NCBI GenBank assembly: GCA_963666565.1
Contig: OY762911.1
Location: 1,536,001 to 1,600,000, forward strand
Length of the DNA stretch: 64,000 nt
Direction: 5' to 3'
Origin: Thermoanaerobaculia bacterium
Lineage (GTDB): Bacteria > Acidobacteriota > Thermoanaerobaculia > Multivoradales > Multivoraceae
The translations under genes were made by a program, and so were the position numbers. The notes below the pieces were generated by a model. That model did not search any database. It saw only the letters and a program-made list of their open reading frames with translations, and was not told where the DNA came from. Positions 57,791 through 64,000 of this stretch are shown in pieces. The first letter of the stretch is position 1; each line of letters starts with the position of its first letter.

Positions 57791-59743
57791 ATGGCAACAG
57801 TGAAGCAGGAGGCGAAGATCGCGGCGGTCGCCGCAGCCGCGCCGGCGACGGCGGTGGCCGGAGCGCTCCTGCTTGCCTGCGGACCGGCCTCAAACGGGGC
57901 GGCGGTCGGCGACTGGCCGATGTACCGCGGCGACGCGGCCGGCACCGGCTACTCGGCCCTTGCCGAGATCGGTCCGGCCAACGTCGCGCAGCTCGCGGCG
58001 GCCTGGAGCTACGCGCTCGCCGCGCCGGCGACGGGCGACGAGGAGGCGGGCGGCGACGGCCGGCCGGCGCGCTCCCAGGCGACGCCGATAGCGGTCGACG
58101 GGGTTCTCTATCTGCCGGCTCCCGACGCCGTGGTCGCGCTCGAGGGCACGACCGGCGCCGAGATCTGGCGCCACACGGTGGCGGACGGCGCTCCGTCGCG
58201 GCGCGGCGTCTCGTACTGGCCGGGCGGCGGAGCGGGCGAGGCGGCGCCCCGCATCGTGTTCTGCGCCGGTTCGCGGCTCATCGCCCTCGACGCGGCCACC
58301 GGCGCGCTGGCGACGGAGTTCGGCGACGGCGGCGCCGTCGACATCGGCGTTCCCTACAACTCGGTGCCGCTGGTGTGGGAGGACATCGTCGTCGTCGGCG
58401 CGAACACGCCCCGCGGCGCGCCCGGCGGCATCGGCAACGCCCGGGCCTTCAGCGCAGTGACCGGCGAGAAGCTGTGGGAGTTCAGTTCCGTGCCGCAGCC
58501 GGGCCAGGTCGGCCACGACACGTGGGCAGGCGACAGTTGGCGCGGCCGACTCGGCGCGAACGCCTGGCCCTTCTACTTCACGGTCGACGAGGAACGGGAA
58601 CTCGTGTTCCTGCCGCTCGCTTCGCCGATTCCGTTCGCCTACGGCGGCGACCGGCACGGCGCCAACCTGTTCGCCAACTCGGTGGTCGCGGTCGACATCC
58701 GCACCGGCGAGTACCGTTGGCACTTCCAGACCATTCACCACGACATATGGGACCACGATCCGCCGGCGCCGCCGGTGCTGTTCGAGGTGGAGCGGGGCGG
58801 GGAGCCGATCGACGCCCTCGCCGTGACGACGAAGTCGGGCTACCTCTTCGTCCTGAACCGCGAGAACGGCGAGCCGGTGTTCGGCGTCGAAGAGCGTCCG
58901 ATGCCCGCGAGCGAGGTGCCCGGCGAGCGGACCCATCCGACCCAGCCGATCCCGAGCGTGACGCCGGCGCTGGGGCGGGTCGGCTACGAGCCGGAGGACC
59001 TGGCGACCGCCGGGGACACGACCGCCGAGCACGCGGCGGCCTGCGCGGAACTGGTCGAGAGCGTCGGGCCGCTCCACAACGCGGGTCCGTACACGCCGTG
59101 GATCCACCGGGGCGCCGAGGACCGGGGCGCCGAGGACCGTGGCGCCGAGGACCGCGGTGCCGAGGACCGTGGCGCCGAGGCGCGCGGCGCCACCCTGCTG
59201 TTCCCGGGCTTGGCCGGCGGCCCGAACTGGGGCGGCGTCGCCTTCGACCCGGCGACGCGCCGGTTGCTGGCGTTCAGCCAGGACGTCGGCACGATGGGTT
59301 GGGTCGAGGAGGACGCGGAATCCGACCCCGCGACGTACGTTCTGCGCGTGGCCCGGCCGTTCTCCTTCGCGGTCCGCATCGGCGACGCGTCCTGGCCGTG
59401 CCAGAAGCCGCCGTGGGGAACGTTGACCGCCGTCGATGCCGATACCGGCGAAGTCGCGTGGCGGCGGCCGCTCGGCGTGACGGAGGGGCTGCCGGCGGGG
59501 AGGCGGGAGACCGGCCGTCCGGGCCGCGCCTCGGCAATCGTGACCGCCGGCGGCCTCGCCTTCATCGCCGCGACCGACGACCGCCGCTTCCGGGCGCTCG
59601 ACGTCGAGACGGGCCGCGAACTGTGGTCGGCCGAACTGCCTCTTCCGGGCAACGCGAACCCGATGACCTGGTTGGCTGCGGACGGTCGGCAGTACGTGGC
59701 CGTGACGGCGACGGAAGAACTGGTCGCCTTCCGGTTGCCGTAG
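57791..59743 (+). CDS. PQQ-dependent (glucose/quinate-type) dehydrogenase, lipoprotein
   Basis: Lipobox LLAC; DWPMY, QATP, WHFQTIHHDIWDHD, GGPNWGG, PCQKPPWG, ANPMT..DGRQYV. Confidence 0.88.
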   Translation: MATVKQEAKIAAVAAAAPATAVAGALLLACGPASNGAAVGDWPMYRGDAAGTGYSALAEIGPANVAQLAAAWSYALAAPATGDEEAGGDGRPARSQATPIAVDGVLYLPAPDAVVALEGTTGAEIWRHTVADGAPSRRGVSYWPGGGAGEAAPRIVFCAGSRLIALDAATGALATEFGDGGAVDIGVPYNSVPLVWEDIVVVGANTPRGAPGGIGNARAFSAVTGEKLWEFSSVPQPGQVGHDTWAGDSWRGRLGANAWPFYFTVDEERELVFLPLASPIPFAYGGDRHGANLFANSVVAVDIRTGEYRWHFQTIHHDIWDHDPPAPPVLFEVERGGEPIDALAVTTKSGYLFVLNRENGEPVFGVEERPMPASEVPGERTHPTQPIPSVTPALGRVGYEPEDLATAGDTTAEHAAACAELVESVGPLHNAGPYTPWIHRGAEDRGAEDRGAEDRGAEDRGAEARGATLLFPGLAGGPNWGGVAFDPATRRLLAFSQDVGTMGWVEEDAESDPATYVLRVARPFSFAVRIGDASWPCQKPPWGTLTAVDADTGEVAWRRPLGVTEGLPAGRRETGRPGRASAIVTAGGLAFIAATDDRRFRALDVETGRELWSAELPLPGNANPMTWLAADGRQYVAVTATEELVAFRLP

Positions 59744-59765
59744 CGAGGAGAAGCCACAGGAGGAG

Positions 59766-59968
59766 CGCACCCAGTGTGTGACCTCGGCCGAACCGAAAGC
59801 TGGCGAGGACGCCGACGCACCCAGTCTGCAACCTCGGCCGAACCGAAAGCTGGCGAGGACGCCAGCGCACCCAGTCTGCAACTCCGTCGACGGCCCACAC
59901 TGGGTACGCCGGCGTCCTCGCCGGCTGCCGCCGCAGGCGGCCGAGAAACGCGCCGGCCAAAGGCCGGC
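59766..59968. repeat. REP cluster: two 50-bp tandem units plus an inverted type B three-hairpin element
   Basis: ACCTCGGCCGAACCGAAAGCTGGCGAGGACGCCxxCGCACCCAGTCTGCA at 59781-59830 and 59831-59880; CACACTGGGTACGCCGGCGTCCTCGCCGGC at ~59896. Confidence 0.85.
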
Positions 59969-60001
59969 TCCTTTCGGAGGTTGCTACAGTCGCCGCAACA
60001 G

Positions 60002-61057
60002 ATGTCCAGCCACGACGAAACCACAGGCCCCGAGGGCTACGATCAACCTGCCGTCGAGGCCTGGATCGCCGACCGCGTCGACAGCCTGACGCCGCCCCTC
60101 CAGTGGACGCGCCTGGAGGGCGGCCACTCGAACCTGACGTACCGGATCGACGACGCGGAGGGCCGCACCGCGGTCATCCGGCGGCCGCCGCAGGGCAAAC
60201 TGCTGCCCAAGGCGCACGACATGAGCCGCGAGTGGGCGCTGATCTCGGCGCTCGGGCCGACTCCGGTGCCGGTACCGCCGGCGATTGCCTTCTGCGAGAG
60301 TCCCGACGTCACCGGCGCCTGGTTCTACGTGATGGGCCTGGTCGACGGCCGGCCGCTCTACAGCTCGGCCCACACGGAGGAGTGGGTGCCGCGGGCGCGT
60401 CGCCCGAAGCTGGCGTACTCGTTCATCGACGTTCTGGCCGAGCTCCACGCGGTCGACCCGGACGAGGTCGGGCTCGGTGACCTCGGCAAGCGGGACAGCT
60501 ACGTGGGGCGGCAGCTTCGCACCTGGTACCGGTCGTGGACCGCGTCCGTCGAGCCGGCGCAACTCGACGACCCGCGGGCGCACGAACTGCAGCGTTACTT
60601 CCTGGAGAACCTGCCGGACCAGGGTCCGGCGCGGGTCGTTCACGGCGACTACGGCCTGCACAACTGCCTCGTGGGGCCGGACTCGACGATCGCCGCCGTC
60701 GTCGACTGGGAGATCTCGACCCTCGGCGATCCGCTGGCGGACCTGACCTATGCGATGAACCAGTGGATGCCGGCGACCGACACGATGCCCACCGGCTCCG
60801 GCGGCGCCACCGCGGCGCCCGGTTTCCCGGCGCGCGAGGAGCTGCTGCAGCGGTACGCCGAGCGCACCGGCCGCGACCTGTCGCATCTCGACTACTACGT
60901 CGGCTTCAACCGCTGGAAGTCCGCGGCCATCGTCCACGGCGTGTACGCCCGGTACATGGAAGGCAAGAAGAGCACCGAGGGCGTCGACCTGCCCGAGATG
61001 CGCCAGCGCATCGTGCGGACGCTCGACTTGGCCGAAGAAGCCGTCAACCGCCTCTGA
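60002..61057 (+). CDS. APH-family phosphotransferase (ACAD10/11 N-terminal-like)
   Basis: Motifs GGHSNLTY, RRPP.G.LLPKAHDM.RE, VHGDY.L.N, VDWEISTLGDP. Confidence 0.9.
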   Translation: MSSHDETTGPEGYDQPAVEAWIADRVDSLTPPLQWTRLEGGHSNLTYRIDDAEGRTAVIRRPPQGKLLPKAHDMSREWALISALGPTPVPVPPAIAFCESPDVTGAWFYVMGLVDGRPLYSSAHTEEWVPRARRPKLAYSFIDVLAELHAVDPDEVGLGDLGKRDSYVGRQLRTWYRSWTASVEPAQLDDPRAHELQRYFLENLPDQGPARVVHGDYGLHNCLVGPDSTIAAVVDWEISTLGDPLADLTYAMNQWMPATDTMPTGSGGATAAPGFPAREELLQRYAERTGRDLSHLDYYVGFNRWKSAAIVHGVYARYMEGKKSTEGVDLPEMRQRIVRTLDLAEEAVNRL

Positions 61058-61132
61058 GGCCGCCAACCGGGTGCGCCGGCGTACCCAGTGTGCAACTCCG
61101 TCGCGGTCGCGCCCGGCGCGGGACCTCCGTTG

Positions 61133-61912
61133 CTAGTCCGTATCCGGCCGGTCGTCCGGGACGAAGCTATCGCGGTTCGGCATCTCGATCTTCGGCAAGC
61201 TCTCCTGGTCGAGCACGGCGTCCTCGCCGACGATTCCGCCCAGGTACAGCAGATGCGCGACGACGGCGTAGATCTCGTCGTCGGTCAGCGCGCCCGGCGA
61301 CTCGTAGGGCATGGAACGGCGGACGTAGTCCCAGAGAGTCGTGGCGTAGGGCCAGTAGCTCTCGACGGTTCGCCTCGGTCGTTCGGAGGTCAGGCTGTCG
61401 CGGCCGCCGACGAGTGCCGTGGCCTCGTCGCCTTCGGCGTTCCGGCCGTGGCAAGCGGCGCAGAACTGCTGGTAGACCGCCTTGCCCTCGCTGACGGATC
61501 CGCGACCCGCAGGCAGCCCCTTGCCGTCGGGGAACACGGTGTAGCCGGCGGCGCGGAGCTCTTCGGCGGTCGGCTCGCTACCGAGGCCGGTTTGTTCGGA
61601 CTCGGCGGCGACTGCGGCACCGGAGACGAGGAGAAGGAAGGCAACGAAGAGAGCTCGCACACTGGGTGCGCCGGCGTCCTCGCCGGCCTTCGGGCGACGC
61701 CGCGAAGCGGTGGCGACCGAGACAACTCGCGAGGCCGAAGGCCTCTCCTTCCTGAAACGCCGCAGAGAGAAAGGAGCGAGGCCTACGCCCTCGCGCGCTT
61801 CCTTCAGAAGGCCGGCGGGGACGCCGGCGCACCCAGTGTGCGGCCTCGTGCCGATTGCCGAGGCCGGTGGGGACGCCGGCGCGCCGAGTGTGCGACTCCT
61901 AGGCGTCGGCAT
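61133..61912 (-). CDS. Cytochrome c partner of the sulfite dehydrogenase (SoxD/SorB-like); 5' end interrupted in frame by REP elements
   Basis: PDGKGLP.G.GSV..G..VY...CAACHG, YWPYATTLWDY.RRSMP, MPNRD.F. Alternative GTG start at 61660. Confidence 0.85.
   Translation of the reverse strand: MPTPRSRTLGAPASPPASAIGTRPHTGCAGVPAGLLKEAREGVGLAPFSLRRFRKERPSASRVVSVATASRRRPKAGEDAGAPSVRALFVAFLLLVSGAAVAAESEQTGLGSEPTAEELRAAGYTVFPDGKGLPAGRGSVSEGKAVYQQFCAACHGRNAEGDEATALVGGRDSLTSERPRRTVESYWPYATTLWDYVRRSMPYESPGALTDDEIYAVVAHLLYLGGIVGEDAVLDQESLPKIEMPNRDSFVPDDRPDTD
61658..61840 (+). mobile_element. ~183-bp REPIN/MITE-like element (inverted type B REP ends)
   Basis: 30-bp inverted ends, CACACTGGGTGCGCCGGCGTCC(T/C)CGCCGGC; homologous inverted copy at 63236-63417. 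Confidence 0.8.
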
Positions 61913-63122
61913 TTGTCACCTCCCCCGACTCGTGAACCTGCCACGCCTTGATCCGGTTGTTGTGGTAGATCGTCGACCGGCCTCTCGCCTCGAGCAGCGC
62001 CGTCAGGGTCGGCTGAACGTAGCCGGTGTCGTCGGTCGCCCGCGACATCAGGACGTGGCGGCCGCCGTCCCACCGCCAAGGAGAGTGGAAGCGCGTGAAC
62101 GCCTTCGCGTGGCGCGGCCCTTCGATCCCGGCGTCGGTCCACGACCGGCCGCCGTCCGTCGAGACCTCTACCCGGGAGATCGTGCCGCGGCCCGACCACG
62201 CCAGGCCGCGGATCTCGAAGAACCCGGGGCGATCCAGCTTCTGCTCGCCCGAAGGCCGGGTGATGACCGACTTCGCGTCCATCACCAGCGTGAACTGGCG
62301 GGCCTTGCCGTCCGGCAGCAGGTCGGTGTACTTCGAGGTCTCGTCGCGGGCCATCGACGGCATGTGGGCGACCTCGATCCGGCGCAGCCACTTGACGCTG
62401 ATGCTGCCTTCGCAGCCCGGCACCAGCAGCCGCAGCGGGTAGCCCTGTTCGGGGCGAACGGCCTCGCCGTTCTGACCGTAGGCGATCATCACGTCCTCGA
62501 GCGCCCGCTCGAGCGGCACGCTGCGGCTCATCAGCCCGGCGTCGGCGCCCTCGGCGATCACCCAGCTCGCCTCCGGCTTGACCCCGACTTCGTCCAGCAG
62601 GTCGGCCAGGAGCACGCCGGTCCACTCGCTGCAACTCGCCAGGCCGTGGCTCAACTGCACGTTCGCCGCGCCGGCCGGCGACCACTCGCGCGCGCTGTTG
62701 CCGGAGCATTCGATGAAGTGGAAACGCGACACCGAGGACATCCGCACGAGGTCGTCCATCGTGAAGACGAGCGGACGGTCGACGAGCCCGTGGATCGTGA
62801 GCCGGTGCGTGTCCGGGTCGATCGCCGGCACGCCCGTGTGGTGGCGCTCGAAGTGAAGCCCGGACGGCGTGACGATGCCCTCCAGGTCGGCGAGCGGCGT
62901 GTTTGAGGACGACGCCGTGGCGTCGGGAGCGCGGCTCCAGCGCTTCGAGTCCTCGAACGGCGAGGGCCGCCCGTAGTCGCTGGGCGTCTCGCCGAGATCC
63001 CGGATGGGGCCCGTCGTCTGCGCGCGGGCCGCGGGATGGAGCGAACTCGCCGCGGCGGCGCCGGCGAGTCCGAGAAAGGCGCGCCGGCTCGGCCGCTGCG
63101 AACCGCGTTTGCGAGTGCTCAT
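61899..63122 (-). CDS. soxC: Sulfite dehydrogenase molybdopterin subunit (SoxC/SorA-type), Tat-exported
   Basis: RRAFLG Tat motif; TPL.DL.GI.TP.GLHFERHH, FIECSGN, QNGE.VRPEQGYPLRL, ETSKYTDL. Confidence 0.9.
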   Translation of the reverse strand: MSTRKRGSQRPSRRAFLGLAGAAAASSLHPAARAQTTGPIRDLGETPSDYGRPSPFEDSKRWSRAPDATASSSNTPLADLEGIVTPSGLHFERHHTGVPAIDPDTHRLTIHGLVDRPLVFTMDDLVRMSSVSRFHFIECSGNSAREWSPAGAANVQLSHGLASCSEWTGVLLADLLDEVGVKPEASWVIAEGADAGLMSRSVPLERALEDVMIAYGQNGEAVRPEQGYPLRLLVPGCEGSISVKWLRRIEVAHMPSMARDETSKYTDLLPDGKARQFTLVMDAKSVITRPSGEQKLDRPGFFEIRGLAWSGRGTISRVEVSTDGGRSWTDAGIEGPRHAKAFTRFHSPWRWDGGRHVLMSRATDDTGYVQPTLTALLEARGRSTIYHNNRIKAWQVHESGEVTNADA

Positions 63123-63235
63123 CGCTCTCTCCTTCAGGCTGTGCTCGGTGCGCCAAGCCTAGCGGTTGTCCACTGGCTGCACCGAGGCCGCACACTGGAT
63201 GCGCCGGCGTCCTCGCCGGCTTCTCTGCGGGAGTT

Positions 63236-63417
63236 CACACTGGGTGCGCCGGCGTCCCCGCCGGCTTTCCGAAGGAAACGTGCGAGGCCGCAGGCCTCGC
63301 TCCTTTCTCTGCGGCGCTTCAACAAGGAGAGGCCTTCGGCCTCGCGGATTGAAGTCGGCCGCCACCGCTCCGCGGCGTCGCCCGAAGGCCGGCGAGGACG
63401 CCGGCGCACCCAGTCTG
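63236..63417 (-). mobile_element. ~182-bp REPIN/MITE-like element, inverted copy of 61658-61840
   Basis: Reverse complement aligns end to end with 61658-61840. An extra REP lies at 63191-63220. Confidence 0.8.
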
Positions 63418-63502
63418 TAGCCCCGTCGACGCCGCTCCCAGTGTGTGACGTTCCCGTCGGCGCACCCGGTTTGTGGCGGTAGGAGTCGGTAGGCTCGCCG
63501 CC

Positions 63503-64000
63503 GTGTTGGACGTGTGGCCTTGGGACGGGGATCTGAACGAGGCGAGAGCGGCCCTCTCCGTAGGGCGGATCCTCGCGATTCCCACGGAGTCCTCCTACGG
63601 CCTCGCGGTCGACCCTCGTTCCACCGCCGGCGTCGAGGCGATCTACCGGCTCAAGGAGCGCGAACGCGGCAAGCCGCTGCCGGTCGTCGCGGCAGACATC
63701 GAGCAGGCTCTCGGCCTCGGCGTCGAACGGAACGAGGCGATCCGCTTCGCCGGAGCGCACTGGCCGGCGCCGCTGACCGTGGTGGCGCCGCTTCGCTCCG
63801 GCACGTCCATGCCGGCAGCCGCCGGAGGAGACACGCTGGCGGTGCGCGTGCCGGCCCACGACCGGCTCCGGACGCTCCTCCGGGACATCGGCCATCCGCT
63901 CACCGCCACCAGCGCGAACCTGAGCGGCGAGCCTCCCGCGTGCGGTCTGGCGGACCTCGAACCGATCCTCCGCGACGCCGCTACCCTCGTCGTGGGCGGC
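63503..64000 (+). CDS. tsaC: Threonylcarbamoyl-AMP synthase (TsaC/Sua5), runs off the window end
   Basis: Hand-translated: ILAIPTESSYGLAVD, IYRLKER...KPL, WPAPLT, AVRVP, TATSANLSG. Not in the ORF track. Confidence 0.88.
   Translation, partial: MLDVWPWDGDLNEARAALSVGRILAIPTESSYGLAVDPRSTAGVEAIYRLKERERGKPLPVVAADIEQALGLGVERNEAIRFAGAHWPAPLTVVAPLRSGTSMPAAAGGDTLAVRVPAHDRLRTLLRDIGHPLTATSANLSGEPPACGLADLEPILRDAATLVVGG

Noticed and set aside
59766-59880. Mini-CRISPR from 50-bp repeats
   Set aside because: The intervening sequences are identical and the units are REP-family tandem duplicates.
83-63909. Many long Arg/Ala/Pro-rich ORFs in the track (e.g. 83-1966, 20447-23296, 31381-33876, 44650-47757)
   Set aside because: They are shadow or antisense frames of recognisable genes, expected at very high GC.

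Overview
This is a very GC-rich bacterial chromosomal window. Gene content (LPS heptosyltransferase, BamD, CpoB, ExbB/ExbD/ExbD/TonB, PASTA protein, PSP1/RicT) suggests a diderm, possibly Acidobacteriota; this is inference only. Positions 1-41.8 kb are mostly housekeeping and envelope genes: tldD/pmbA-like, pccB, purE, rpiB, folC, yebC, ruvC, exbBDD-tonB, gatB, tatA, rpe, rseP, dxr, cdsA, truA, glmU, pcrA/uvrD, four tRNAs, purD, ispH. Next come a small accessory patch (a DUF2335-like gene pair and a 1.55-kb DDE insertion sequence), fused glycosyltransferases, serS with tRNA-Ser, and a redox block (two PQQ dehydrogenases, cytochromes c, SoxC/SorA). The most unusual signals are: (1) tRNA-Ser(TGA), directly behind serS, is followed by three 99-bp tandem copies that keep the variable arm, T arm and CCA but carry a remodelled 5' part; (2) a modular REP/REPIN-like palindrome family that also sits in frame inside proteins and brackets soxC; (3) a GlmU whose uridyltransferase sugar pocket is altered at many positions; (4) a probable CUG start codon for purD. 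All calls come from reading the sequence by eye; no database search was run.
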